A stretch of DNA of 32,388 bases from a virus (lineage: Duplodnaviria; Caudoviricetes): the IMG/VR virus record IMGVR_UViG_3300044820_000156, positions 1 through 32,388 of that record; one strand, 5' to 3'. Below, one piece after another: positions 1 to 8,915 of this stretch (positions are counted from its first letter, which is position 1; every line of letters starts with the position of its first letter). A program made the translations under genes and the position numbers. The notes under the pieces are model-generated. The model saw only the letters and a program-made list of their open reading frames with translations. It searched no databases and had not been told where the DNA came from.

Positions 1-1653
1 GGTCGTTGACGGCTTGTTGGTGTCGACCGAGCCAGGAAGCAGAATGGGCGGCACCGTCGGGTTCGTCGGAGCAGAGCCGCTTGCAAGGATGCCCTTCTCG
101 TAGTCGCGCAGCTTCTTCTCGACTGCGCTGTTCCATGTGCTCGGTGTCGCGATGCCGGAGAGGGCCGGACGTGCGTCGCCGGGCGGATCGTCTCCGACGC
201 GCGGGTTGTTCACCTTGAAGAAGGTGGTCCAGTAGAGACCGATGTCGCGTCGGACGAAGTCCGGCACGTACGCCGAGCTCGTGTCGAGAGTGCGGTAGTC
301 CGCCGTTGCACCTGACAGCGTGTGCGTCGTGACTGAGCGGCAGATGAGCGCCTGCGAACCGGTTGGGCTCGTGTACACGGCAGTGAGGCCGTTGTTGACC
401 GCGCTTTGGAGCGTGGCGTTCGACGGCCAGTCCGCGCGCTGCGATTGTGGCGCGACGTTGACGAGCAATGCGTCGTCGTAGCCTGCGCATGGATCGGTCT
501 GCTCAGTCGCAGTGCGGAGTGCAGCGAAGTATGCGGCCATCTCGGCGGGGTAGGTCTCGCCGTTGAGGTACCAGAGCAACTGCATGCGTTGGCTGTTCAT
601 CGTCACGGTCGCGAGGGTCGTCGCTGCGGAGAGCGAGGAGTTCACGCCGCCGATCCAGTGCTGCAGGATGTTCTGCGTTGGACCCGCTTGGGAGTTGAGC
701 TGCGTGAGCCAGAGCCCGAGGCTGGTCGAATCGTTCTCCGCGCAGCAGATGCGATCGTACTGTTGGGGGAGCAACACGCCGAGCAGCGTTGCAACCGATT
801 CGGTGCCGGTCCCTTGAGCGAACGATGCGACGCCGCCCGTGAGGAGCTGACCCCAGCACGTCCAAGTGATCTGGTTGGCACCAGGGTTGTCGATGACGGT
901 CGAACCCAACGTGGTTGGCCACGTCGGTTGTGTGACCGGTGCCGAGGTGCCCGTGCCAGCGATGGCGGTGGCCTTGTAGTAGAAGCCGTTCGCAACGGTC
1001 GGGACGACGAACGAGTTCAGGGCGTATGGTGTTGCAGCCACCCACGCTGAGCCAGTTGTCGTCGCAACGAATCCGCTCGGGACTTGCGTGACGTCCTGCA
1101 CGAAGAGGTACTGGTTGCCGCGTGCACCCTTGCTCTTGATGGAGAGGGTGACGGTGCCGGAGACGTTCGCTGCCGTGCAGGGGCGACGCGGATCTGAGTT
1201 GAGCGTCGAAGCGAGGTTCGCAGCGAACGTCGAAGGCGTGTCGCTTGCTGCGATGACCTGTTGGATGACTTCACCGTTGAAGCGGCACGTGTACGTACCT
1301 GCGATCGACCACGTACCGGAGAAGGTGATGACGAACGTGGATGCGACTGCGCCACCTGCTTCAGCGACGGGTGCCGCTTTGATGGTGACACCGGGCACTT
1401 TGAGGCCGGCCAGGCACATGCGCTCGATCTCCGCACCTTGACCGAGGTAGTTGTCGGCATCGGTGACAGAGAGAACGTTGACGACGTCTTGGTTCGGAAC
1501 GCTCGTTCCTGCGGTCAGCTTGGTGCCAACCATGAGCAGGATGAGCGGGATGGATGCAGCGCTGATCGCGCCAGCTCCGTACACGGTCTCGCCGTAGAAG
1601 CCGGGGACGCGGTTGTTGCTCGCGAACCCGACGATGCTGATCGGATTTCCCAT
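1..1653 (-). CDS. Contractile tail sheath protein, Mu gpL-like (3' end runs off the window)
   Basis: Absent from the ORF track, which lists only complete ORFs; I translated both ends by hand and they share a frame. The ATG at 1653 overlaps the upstream TGA (TGATG) and follows GGAGG. It reads MGNPISIVGFASNNRVPGFYGETVYG...YLGQGAEIERMCLAG...VTLSIKSKGARGNQ, matching the Mu-type sheath N-terminal pattern (RVP-x-Y-x-E, G-x-G-S/A...RM, K-x-x-G-x-x-GN). At least 550 aa. Confidence 0.85.
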   Translation of the reverse strand, partial: MGNPISIVGFASNNRVPGFYGETVYGAGAISAASIPLILLMVGTKLTAGTSVPNQDVVNVLSVTDADNYLGQGAEIERMCLAGLKVPGVTIKAAPVAEAGGAVASTFVITFSGTWSIAGTYTCRFNGEVIQQVIAASDTPSTFAANLASTLNSDPRRPCTAANVSGTVTLSIKSKGARGNQYLFVQDVTQVPSGFVATTTGSAWVAATPYALNSFVVPTVANGFYYKATAIAGTGTSAPVTQPTWPTTLGSTVIDNPGANQITWTCWGQLLTGGVASFAQGTGTESVATLLGVLLPQQYDRICCAENDSTSLGLWLTQLNSQAGPTQNILQHWIGGVNSSLSAATTLATVTMNSQRMQLLWYLNGETYPAEMAAYFAALRTATEQTDPCAGYDDALLVNVAPQSQRADWPSNATLQSAVNNGLTAVYTSPTGSQALICRSVTTHTLSGATADYRTLDTSSAYVPDFVRRDIGLYWTTFFKVNNPRVGDDPPGDARPALSGIATPSTWNSAVEKKLRDYEKGILASGSAPTNPTVPPILLPGSVDTNKPSTT

Positions 1654-2255
1654 CAGCTACCTCCCTTGGGGGCTTCGGCGGGTTTGGCAGCCGCCTTCTT
1701 CGCTTCAGCAGCTTTTGCAGCCGCATCCGCAGCATCTTTGGCCTTCTTTTCGATCGCTTCTTTCGCCTTCTTGCGCCGTTCGATCGCATCCTTCATCGGA
1801 CCGAACGAGTGCGCGAGCAGGGGCTTGGTGAAGTCGTCGTCGTGCTCTTCGTGCGCGAGGATCTTCAGCTGACCGAGCGCAGCATCTTTGGCTGCTTCGA
1901 GTGCTGCACTGGGCTCGACGAAGTTGTCTTCAATCGCGTTGGTGTTGGCCATCTTCGCCGTGGCGAAGTCGGCTGCGATGAGCTCACCGCGACGAATTGC
2001 GTTGAGGTAGTACGCGCTGGCGGGCAACCGCACGGGCTCGTCGTCGTACACGACGTGGTTCGCCTGCAGCATCTCACCGCGTGCATCTCCGGGCTCGTAC
2101 TGCTCGAGCACGACATGACCGATGCGCGCACCGACGAACCCGCGATCGGGGTTGTGGTCGACGGGGTCCCACGGGCAGATCGCCGATGGGCGACCCTCGT
2201 GATCGATGTGATGGTACGGGTTCGGATGAACCAGTACGAACTTGGGCTTCGGCAT
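1653..2255 (-). CDS. Virion-module protein upstream of the sheath, with an Ala/Lys-rich C-terminus
   Basis: True start is MPKPKFVLVHPNP (ATG 2255, GAGGA upstream). The segment VRLPASAYYLNAIRRGELI resembles the small Mu gp38/DUF2635-type pre-sheath motif (VP...YW.RR...GD). Confidence 0.65.
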   Translation of the reverse strand: MPKPKFVLVHPNPYHHIDHEGRPSAICPWDPVDHNPDRGFVGARIGHVVLEQYEPGDARGEMLQANHVVYDDEPVRLPASAYYLNAIRRGELIAADFATAKMANTNAIEDNFVEPSAALEAAKDAALGQLKILAHEEHDDDFTKPLLAHSFGPMKDAIERRKKAKEAIEKKAKDAADAAAKAAEAKKAAAKPAEAPKGGS

Positions 2256-2278
2256 CGCTGTCCTCGCGTGCGGGTGGC

Positions 2279-3052
2279 TTATTGGTAGAGAGCGGTCTCG
2301 GTGATGAGCGTTCCGAGTCCGGTGCCCTGGTCGGGCGACGTGATGGTTGCGCCAATGAAGTTGTTGGGCGCGGTGGACGCGAGGTTGATGTCGACGGTGA
2401 GCTTCTCCTCGACGAAGAAGGTCATCTCGAGCATGTCGAAGAGGGCGGGAGCTCCAGCGCCTTTGGCACCGCCGTCTGTGGCCATACGATCGATGCGCAG
2501 TGCAGCGCGGCGTGCTTTTTGGAGATTGAAGATCGTCCAGCCAGCCCAGACGTCGAGAAGCGAGCCGTACGTTGCAGCTTGAGGGTTGGGATCGCTCGGC
2601 ACGACCCACGACGGATCACGACCGCGCTCGATTGCTTCGTCGAGCACCTTCACGATCGCGTTGATGATCTGCCAGCGGTTGCGTTTGGTGTCCTGCGGTG
2701 CAGGAGGCATCACCCAGTAGGCCTTCAGGAGGCCGTGCGACATGCGGTACTCGTCGGCGATGAACTCGGCGTTGTCGACGAGGTTCTCATCGCGAAAGAC
2801 GTAGAGCGCGGGAAGTGCTTGGCGCTTGAAGACTTCCTCTTTTGGGTTGTGCACGAATACTGCGCTCACGATGTTTGGAGCGGTCGGCTGCGTCGTAACG
2901 CTCGCCCATGCGGCTTGGCAGTAGGTGTTCATCACAGTCTTGATGAAGTCCGCGACGTACCCGAGCAGCGGATCGCCGACGGCCATGACCGGCGGGAACG
3001 CACCTGCGGGCACTTGCACCGGGACGGTGACTGCGCCGTAGTTGTCCGCCAT
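2279..3052 (-). CDS. Putative tail terminator/completion protein
   Basis: 257 aa, between the neck genes and the sheath; contains a LPALYVF beta-strand typical of tail terminators. Positional inference. Confidence 0.5.
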   Translation of the reverse strand: MADNYGAVTVPVQVPAGAFPPVMAVGDPLLGYVADFIKTVMNTYCQAAWASVTTQPTAPNIVSAVFVHNPKEEVFKRQALPALYVFRDENLVDNAEFIADEYRMSHGLLKAYWVMPPAPQDTKRNRWQIINAIVKVLDEAIERGRDPSWVVPSDPNPQAATYGSLLDVWAGWTIFNLQKARRAALRIDRMATDGGAKGAGAPALFDMLEMTFFVEEKLTVDINLASTAPNNFIGATITSPDQGTGLGTLITETALYQ

Positions 3053-3061
3053 CGTGACCTC

Positions 3062-3448
3062 TTAGCGATTGATGCGTTCGGCGAACCCGTCGATGCTCTG
3101 ATCGACGCGACCGTCGAGGACTGCTTCGGCGGTCTCGATCGCCTCGGGCGTGAAGTCGAAGGCGCCGTCGCTCACTTCAGTCACGAAGGACGCGTAGTCC
3201 TTGTTCCACACCATCTCGGCTTGGATCTCGTTGCCGACGGTCTCAGCTCGTGTCGCTCGTGCGGTCTCGGTGAGTTGGTAGGTGCGATCGGTGTATGGAT
3301 GCGAGTCTTGCGCGGCCTTGATGCCGTCGCTCGCTGCCTCAGTGACAGCACGCGCGACGTTGGTGAGGAGGTCGCGATGTGCAAGCTCCCAGTCGCGCTC
3401 GAGGTCCTCGAGGCCTTCGATCTCGATGGTGAACTCGAGGTCGGCCAT
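3062..3448 (-). CDS. HK97 gp10-like neck/tail-completion protein
   Basis: IEIEGLEDL N-terminus, HPYTDRT motif and a YASFV segment; located in the neck cluster. Confidence 0.6.
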   Translation of the reverse strand: MADLEFTIEIEGLEDLERDWELAHRDLLTNVARAVTEAASDGIKAAQDSHPYTDRTYQLTETARATRAETVGNEIQAEMVWNKDYASFVTEVSDGAFDFTPEAIETAEAVLDGRVDQSIDGFAERINR

Positions 3449-3451
3449 GGC

Positions 3452-3805
3452 TCACGTGAAGTGGAGGTTGAGGGTCTCGATTGCTGCAGCGTTGATCACG
3501 AAGCTCGCGACTCCTGAGCCCAGCGCGAAGTAACTCGGGGCTGCCTGCGCCATCGCGACACCGGTGTCTCCGTTGACACCCTTGAAAGTCTTGTTGTTGG
3601 TGCTGCCCGTTGGAGGGCAAATCAACACCCCCGTTGCTCCAGATGGCACGGCAATTGTGTTGTTGCCCGCGGAGAGCGTCACGCTCTGCGGACCTGAGGT
3701 TGGAGCAGCTTGGTTTTGTATCGGTGAGGTTGGTGGCGTGAACGTCGTTGATACGCCGTCGCCTTGCACAGTGGCAGAGAGGGTGACCGTGGAGAGCTTC
3801 GCCAT
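3452..3805 (-). CDS. Small beta-rich virion protein
   Basis: 117 aa, rich in Thr/Ser/Gly/Ala, tightly coupled to the flanking structural genes. Confidence 0.55.
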   Translation of the reverse strand: MAKLSTVTLSATVQGDGVSTTFTPPTSPIQNQAAPTSGPQSVTLSAGNNTIAVPSGATGVLICPPTGSTNNKTFKGVNGDTGVAMAQAAPSYFALGSGVASFVINAAAIETLNLHFT

Positions 3806-3807
3806 GG

Positions 3808-4278
3808 CTAAAAGTCTCCGCCGTTGGAGGTGCCGTCGGGACTGTCGACGATCATGCGCGGACCGGCGGAGTAGACGATCGCTCCGACGTTCTTTGGCTT
3901 GATGTTCGCTGCCCAGTCCGGGAGCTGCTGCAGCGCGTCGGCGACTCGCTCCATGAGGGCGAGAGCGCGCTCGTATTGCGATGCCGCGTTGTAGTTCTGA
4001 CCGAACGTCCGGACGTAGTCGGGGTGTCGCTCGAACGCGAAGGCCTTCGCGAACTCAATCGCTGCTTCGACCACGAGCGCCGGTGGAGTTCCTTGGATGG
4101 GAAACGGACCGGTAAACGTGCGCGCGAGGAAAGAGTCGACGTTGGCACACGCGCGCGTGAGCACTGCCGCCAGCGCGACAGAGCTCACGACGCCCGTGTT
4201 GGTATCATCGAAGAGTGCGAGAACGGTCTGGGGAGAAAGGGCGCTCTCCAAGTCGGTTTGAGCGATGTAGAGCGCCAT
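3808..4278 (-). CDS. Head-tail connector, Mu gp36/DUF1320-like
   Basis: Y...DL...L..L.D....G......A...VDSFL.....P....P.L...A......YE.AL..M..VA pattern of the gp36 family. Confidence 0.8.
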   Translation of the reverse strand: MALYIAQTDLESALSPQTVLALFDDTNTGVVSSVALAAVLTRACANVDSFLARTFTGPFPIQGTPPALVVEAAIEFAKAFAFERHPDYVRTFGQNYNAASQYERALALMERVADALQQLPDWAANIKPKNVGAIVYSAGPRMIVDSPDGTSNGGDF

Positions 4279-4284
4279 GTCACC

Positions 4285-4656
4285 TCACTCGAGGACGGGA
4301 TCGCTCGCGAGCATCTCGAGCATCTCGTTCTTGAGCTTCTCGGCTTCGACGCGCGCTTCATACGCTTCCTCGGTCTCGATCGGCGGCGCATCTGCTCGCG
4401 CGACCCGACCGGCCTTCACGGCTTGCTGGTGCAGGCGCAGGATCGAGAGAGCCTCGTCGTGCGTGAGTTTGACCATCTTGCCGCCGATGGTCTCGCCGTG
4501 CTTGCCCACGACACCATCACCGTCACCGTCGCGTTTGCCGTGCGTGACTCGATACCCCTCACGGACACGGTACATGCCCGCGAAGTTGGGGGTGGATTTC
4601 TTGGGCGCGAGCTTGGGCTCGACGCGCTCGACCTGCGCAGTTGCTTGTTCGCTCAT
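4285..4656 (-). CDS. Hypothetical protein (head module)
   Basis: Start MSEQATAQ at ATG 4656 (ATGA overlap with the upstream stop, AGGAG RBS). It is the C-terminal part of track ORF 4285..5058. Confidence 0.6.
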   Translation of the reverse strand: MSEQATAQVERVEPKLAPKKSTPNFAGMYRVREGYRVTHGKRDGDGDGVVGKHGETIGGKMVKLTHDEALSILRLHQQAVKAGRVARADAPPIETEEAYEARVEAEKLKNEMLEMLASDPVLE

Positions 4657-5045
4657 GACTGTTTCTCCTGATGTGACTCCGCCGGCTCGGTGGCCAGGGG
4701 TGCGTCGACTGGCTCGACCGTCGGAGCGGGAGCAGGGTCGATGGGTTCGAGCGTGACGACGGGATCGAGTTCCACAGGAGGCAATTGCTCTCCGTGCCCG
4801 ACAGGTCCGTCGGTCTCCTCGATGGTGCCTTTGATGTCTTCGGGTGGTGCGGGCTCCGTGTCTGCGACGGCAAGCGTTGCTTCCACGGGTACCTCGGACT
4901 CGACACACTCGACGGCGCCGAGCTCCAAGAAGCGCTTTGCGTCGACATGACCGAGCACCACCTCGCTCCCAGGCGGCATTTGGCCACTTGGGAGCGAGAG
5001 GTTGAAGCCGGGGCGAGCGCGATAGCGTCCGCCGAGGTCGCTCAC
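4653..5045 (-). CDS. Small post-capsid protein with acidic Pro-rich tail (Mu gp35-like position)
   Basis: GTG at 5045 overlaps the capsid TGA. Reads MSDLGGRYRARPGFNLSLPSGQMPPGSEVVLGHVDAKRFLELGAVE; the PG..V.L....A..L...GAVE pattern is typical of this slot. Confidence 0.6.
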   Translation of the reverse strand: MSDLGGRYRARPGFNLSLPSGQMPPGSEVVLGHVDAKRFLELGAVECVESEVPVEATLAVADTEPAPPEDIKGTIEETDGPVGHGEQLPPVELDPVVTLEPIDPAPAPTVEPVDAPLATEPAESHQEKQS

Positions 5046-6172
5046 TGGTGAGCTCCAACTGCGAGGCCGGAGACGACCGTTGAGGTCATCACTTCGGCGT
5101 CGTTGTGCGTGACGACGATCTGCGTTCCGCCGCGCGGCCCGCGGTACGGGTTGAAGAACGATCGCACGATGAAGCCGCCCTGCACGACTGCGTCGCCGAC
5201 GTTTCCGCCGTTCCAGCGGAACGTGTAGCTCGGCGCGATGTCTTGGCCGTCCTTCGGTGCACCGTTTGGAGGCATGTGCAGAAGGATGACGTCGCCGCCC
5301 CAGATGTAGGAGTACGCGCCGGTCGTGTCCTTGTACTTGATCGCTGCCACGTTGATGCGCGGCAGACCGAGAAGTGCAGAAAACTGTTGCGCCTGGCCGT
5401 TGCTCGAGCCGTCGCTCGGCATGTACGGAATGCCGGGCACGCCCTGCTTGTACGCGACGAACTTTTGGACCGCCGCGTTCTGTGCGAAGTCGTGCCACAC
5501 CTGCTCGGACATGACGATGTCCGTGACGGGCATGAGCGCGTTCTCGATGAGCGTGAAGAGGTCCTGCACGGGGTTGGAGCCACCGCCGCCGTTCCACTTG
5601 TTGCCCGCCGCGATGACGGTCTTGAACGTGTGGTTCGCCTGTGTGCGCAGGAGCGCCTGAACGCGGAACTCTCGCGCGAGCAAGAGGGCGTTCATGATGC
5701 GTCGCATCGCTGCGAGCACCGGGTTCAGCGGGGCATCGGCGTTGGCCTGCACCTCGGTCGGGATGAACGCTTGGAGCGCGAAGCCCTGGGTTTGGAAAGG
5801 CGCGTTGCTGAGGCGCGGCGAGACTTCCTTGACGTCAGCACCAGGTGCCGTCGCGATGTCCTGAACGAGCTGGAACGCGTCGTCCTGGTTCCACGTCCAG
5901 AACTTGTCGCTCGCGTTCGGTACGACGATCGGAGGGGATGCCACGTCGGCAACGCCCATCGCAAGTCGGTAGCCGGCCGCGTAGTTGACGAGCGTCTTGT
6001 CGATGTGAACGTCGGCTTGGCCGAGGTCCATGGTGACGAGCTGTCCGCCGCGATCGCGCAGCTTGACAGTGGAGTTGAGGAGGTCGATCTCCTCACCTTG
6101 GTACTTGCCGAGGGCGCCGCCGTTGAGGACGTCTCCCTGGACATCGCGGAGCTTGATTTGTGCGAGGCTCAT
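5042..6172 (-). CDS. Major capsid protein (HK97 fold)
   Basis: 376 aa directly after protease and decoration genes. DVHIDKTLVNYAAGY, LLAREFRV, KW....SNPVQD and YIWGGDVIL motifs are typical of capsid proteins that accompany DUF935 portals. Confidence 0.85.
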   Translation of the reverse strand: MSLAQIKLRDVQGDVLNGGALGKYQGEEIDLLNSTVKLRDRGGQLVTMDLGQADVHIDKTLVNYAAGYRLAMGVADVASPPIVVPNASDKFWTWNQDDAFQLVQDIATAPGADVKEVSPRLSNAPFQTQGFALQAFIPTEVQANADAPLNPVLAAMRRIMNALLLAREFRVQALLRTQANHTFKTVIAAGNKWNGGGGSNPVQDLFTLIENALMPVTDIVMSEQVWHDFAQNAAVQKFVAYKQGVPGIPYMPSDGSSNGQAQQFSALLGLPRINVAAIKYKDTTGAYSYIWGGDVILLHMPPNGAPKDGQDIAPSYTFRWNGGNVGDAVVQGGFIVRSFFNPYRGPRGGTQIVVTHNDAEVMTSTVVSGLAVGAHQ

Positions 6173-6188
6173 GATGTTGGGGTCCTTC

Positions 6189-6869
6189 TCAGTTGATGAT
6201 CAGCCAGTCGACGACTGACGTATCTGCAGCGTTGGCGGTTCCGGCGGCGACCGAGGCTTGCAGGACCATGGTTCCTGCGCCGACGTTGCGCGAAGCAGAA
6301 GGAGCCTCGTACACGATGGTGCTCGTGACGGTGCCGCCCTGCGTTTTGCGCGAGACGATGATGATGCTGTTGGCCGTGAGAACGACGTTCGACACGATGA
6401 CCGAGCCAGCCGCAAGGATGGCCGATCCGCTCTGGCGCTGAGCGCCTCCGAGCATGAGAAGGACGAGCAATTGATCGCCGTCCGCTGCGGTCTGCGAGAT
6501 GCAGATGCCGAGGGCTGGCGTGTTGCCTTGCGCGAGGCGCACGCGTCCGAGCTTGGTGTTCGCGTTCGAGACTTCGACCCACTGGCCGTACGCGATCGCA
6601 CCGTCAGCAGTGCACACCGCACCACCGAGGACACGCACGCGTCCGCGACCACCAGCCTTGAGTGTGTCGAGCGTGACGCCGACTGCCATCGGCATTTGCG
6701 CCGGTGCAACGGTCGGGAGCACGACACCAGGCGGGTCTTGTGACGTGCCGGTGTTGGAGACGTCGATGAGGACGCCGAGGTTCGCCCCGATGTCCGAGCC
6801 GCCGTAGTTCTTGAACGCTACGTCTCCGCCCGGAACGGGAATCGACGTGATCTGGTTCTGGATGGCCAT
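6189..6869 (-). CDS. Capsid decoration/cement protein (DUF2190-like) with an extra C-terminal beta domain
   Basis: VGVT....AG....VRVLG.....ADGAIAYGQ.V......GR......ALGI....AADGD pattern; sits between scaffold and capsid genes. Confidence 0.7.
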   Translation of the reverse strand: MAIQNQITSIPVPGGDVAFKNYGGSDIGANLGVLIDVSNTGTSQDPPGVVLPTVAPAQMPMAVGVTLDTLKAGGRGRVRVLGGAVCTADGAIAYGQWVEVSNANTKLGRVRLAQGNTPALGICISQTAADGDQLLVLLMLGGAQRQSGSAILAAGSVIVSNVVLTANSIIIVSRKTQGGTVTSTIVYEAPSASRNVGAGTMVLQASVAAGTANAADTSVVDWLIIN

Positions 6870-6878
6870 GTCAGCTCC

Positions 6879-7418
6879 TCACTTCCGCCCTGCGGCAGCT
6901 TTGCGCGCGGCATCGGTGCGCTCGCCGATCGCCTTCTTGGTTTTCTTGGTGAGCTTCTCGTAGGCCTTCAGGTTCACCTGCTCCCACGACATGGTCGGGG
7001 CCTTCTCTTGGATCTCCTGGCAAAGCTCCTCGATGGAGGGCAGCTCGTCGGTGATGTCCGAGAGACGGATCACGTTCGTGTCCGTGGTGTCCTCGCGCTT
7101 GCCCGAGAGATCGCGGAGCAAGTGCGCCTTGTCGGCCGCGACGACGGGGTACATCGCGTCGAACGCCTTGCGATCGTTCTTCGCCCACGAGAGCAAGTGC
7201 GGCCGCATCTCCGGCGTCGCGCCCTTCGTGTCCTTGTAGGTCAGAATGGCGCGGTCAACGGCCTCCTCGATTTCTTTCGACTCGATCTCCGCGATCCGAG
7301 TCTTGAGCGCAGTGTTCTCCGCTTTGAGCTGCACGACCTCGCCATCCGCAGCGCGGAGCTTGAGCGTGAGCTCGGAGACCTGGCCCTGTGCGTCGCTCAA
7401 CAGCTTCGCGTGTTCCAT
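6879..7418 (-). CDS. Putative in-frame internal scaffold protein (Mu Z-like)
   Basis: In-frame ATG at 7418 (MEHAKLLSDAQG) preceded by GAGAAGGACGAAACC, at the start of the coiled-coil region. Confidence 0.55.
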   Translation of the reverse strand: MEHAKLLSDAQGQVSELTLKLRAADGEVVQLKAENTALKTRIAEIESKEIEEAVDRAILTYKDTKGATPEMRPHLLSWAKNDRKAFDAMYPVVAADKAHLLRDLSGKREDTTDTNVIRLSDITDELPSIEELCQEIQEKAPTMSWEQVNLKAYEKLTKKTKKAIGERTDAARKAAAGRK

Positions 7419-8219
7419 GGTTTCGTCCTTCTCGCCGTCTGACGCTCGGGCTGGCGCCACTTCCGTGTTGGAAGCGGGAACTTGGTGGTGCTCGGTGAGC
7501 CATGCGCGCGCGGTGTCGATGACATCGCTGGCAGTCGACGTGAGCGTGAGTCGAAGATCCGTGCGCAGTCGCGCGACCTGCTTGTCGGTCGCCGCGTCCA
7601 GCGCGGAGAGGCAGGAGGCAGCGCTTGCTTCGTCGGCGAGCTCGAGAGCGTCGGCGATCACTGCAAGAGGTGACTCGGGTTGCGTGTCCTTCGCGGCAAG
7701 CGGCGCCATACCGTCGAGGAAGGGTTGATTGGTGAGCCCTGCACTCGTGAGGCGTGCACCGATGGGTTTGCCGCTCACGCGATCGCGCGACCCGAATCGA
7801 ATCGCCGGCGAGATGTAGCGGTATTGCCCGGTCTTGATGTACTCGCGAGCGGTTGGTTGCCACTCGACGAGACCCCAGAGGTTGCCGTCGGTGCGAACCT
7901 CGAGGTCCTTGATCCATCCTTGCGCCGGAGCGCCGAGGACGGGAATGGTGCCTTCGGTGGGGTCCGACTCCGATGCGTGCTCGAAGTCGATCGGGACGAG
8001 TTTGTTCTGCGAGTCGCGGAAGTTCGCGATGATCTCGGTGAACACCTGCGCGTTGAGTGCGAAGGGTCCAGCGTGGTGCCCGCGGAACTCGCCGGGCTTG
8101 GCGAGCTGAATCCAGACGGGTTTGCCGGCTTCGTCCGCGAGCGCGAGAACGTGTTCGAGCTCGAGGCGGTTGGTGGAGACGCGATCGAGCGTCTCAGCGA
8201 TGCGCGACTTGCGGCTCAT
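6879..8219 (-). CDS. Mu-like prohead protease (gpI) fused to scaffold
   Basis: Start MSRKSRIAE (ATG 8219). Motifs WIQL..PGEF.G, PIDFEH, APAQGWI..L, LWGLVEW, YRYISPAI and SAGLTNQPFLDGM.PL are diagnostic of the Mu-like protease family. C-terminal half is coiled-coil. Confidence 0.9.
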   Translation of the reverse strand: MSRKSRIAETLDRVSTNRLELEHVLALADEAGKPVWIQLAKPGEFRGHHAGPFALNAQVFTEIIANFRDSQNKLVPIDFEHASESDPTEGTIPVLGAPAQGWIKDLEVRTDGNLWGLVEWQPTAREYIKTGQYRYISPAIRFGSRDRVSGKPIGARLTSAGLTNQPFLDGMAPLAAKDTQPESPLAVIADALELADEASAASCLSALDAATDKQVARLRTDLRLTLTSTASDVIDTARAWLTEHHQVPASNTEVAPARASDGEKDETMEHAKLLSDAQGQVSELTLKLRAADGEVVQLKAENTALKTRIAEIESKEIEEAVDRAILTYKDTKGATPEMRPHLLSWAKNDRKAFDAMYPVVAADKAHLLRDLSGKREDTTDTNVIRLSDITDELPSIEELCQEIQEKAPTMSWEQVNLKAYEKLTKKTKKAIGERTDAARKAAAGRK

Positions 8220-8224
8220 CGCGC

Positions 8225-8908
8225 TCACCAGTTCTGGACTGACCAGGCGATGACGTCGGTCGTGGTCCCTGTAAGTGCGAGCGTTCCAGTGCCTGCACCT
8301 GCAGTGAGCACGCACTTGACCGCTGCCGCAGCCGTCGTGTCCATGCCACCAGGCACCGAGAGCGTGGCGCTACGAACCCAAAGGTTCGAGACGGTCGCGG
8401 CGCCGGCGGAGAGTGCCTGAGTGCCGCTCTGCAAGCGAGGCCAGAACGCGAGCGCCGTCGTGGCGATCGTGATGGGCCCGTTCGCGAAGAGCTTCCAAGT
8501 CGAGCCACCCCATGCCGTGCCGATAGTGTCGACCGTGACGATCATGCCGCTCACGCCGATGGCGCCGTGCAGCATGTCGGCCGCGCGCTGGAGAATGAAT
8601 GGCGTAGTCGTCGAGCCGAGTTGGTTCACGACGTAGATGCCGTTGTCGGCACCTGCCGCACCAGCGACGAGCAACACGCGATCGCCCACTGCGAGAGTGA
8701 CGCCGTCTGGCGCGGCCAGCGCGCCGTTGGCGTTCGCAGTGATGAGGCCGACCGTCGGTTGGTTCGTCGGGTTCGTGTACGTGTACGCGCTCAGCGCGCT
8801 CGCGATCACGGCTCGGACTTGGTTGTCCTGTGGCAGGAAATCCGCCACCGCCAACGCGGGCGGGTAGTTCGGCATGTTCTGCTGATTGGGAGTCGCTGCG
8901 TTGGGCAT
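8225..8908 (-). CDS. Fibre-like virion protein
   Basis: Start MPNAATPNQQ (ATG 8908). Contains DGVTLAVGDRVLL...A.DNGIYVV......L.RAAD, a motif common in phage tail-fibre and head-fibre proteins. Confidence 0.7.
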   Translation of the reverse strand: MPNAATPNQQNMPNYPPALAVADFLPQDNQVRAVIASALSAYTYTNPTNQPTVGLITANANGALAAPDGVTLAVGDRVLLVAGAAGADNGIYVVNQLGSTTTPFILQRAADMLHGAIGVSGMIVTVDTIGTAWGGSTWKLFANGPITIATTALAFWPRLQSGTQALSAGAATVSNLWVRSATLSVPGGMDTTAAAAVKCVLTAGAGTGTLALTGTTTDVIAWSVQNW

Positions 8909-8915
8909 GGTTAGC

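Noticed and set aside
1653-1667. Pup/ubiquitin-like di-Gly C-terminus (KGGS) as a substrate tag for the ARC-like ATPase
   Set aside because: The GG is explained by the GGAGG RBS of the overlapping sheath start. I found no ORF ending in GGE or GGQ.
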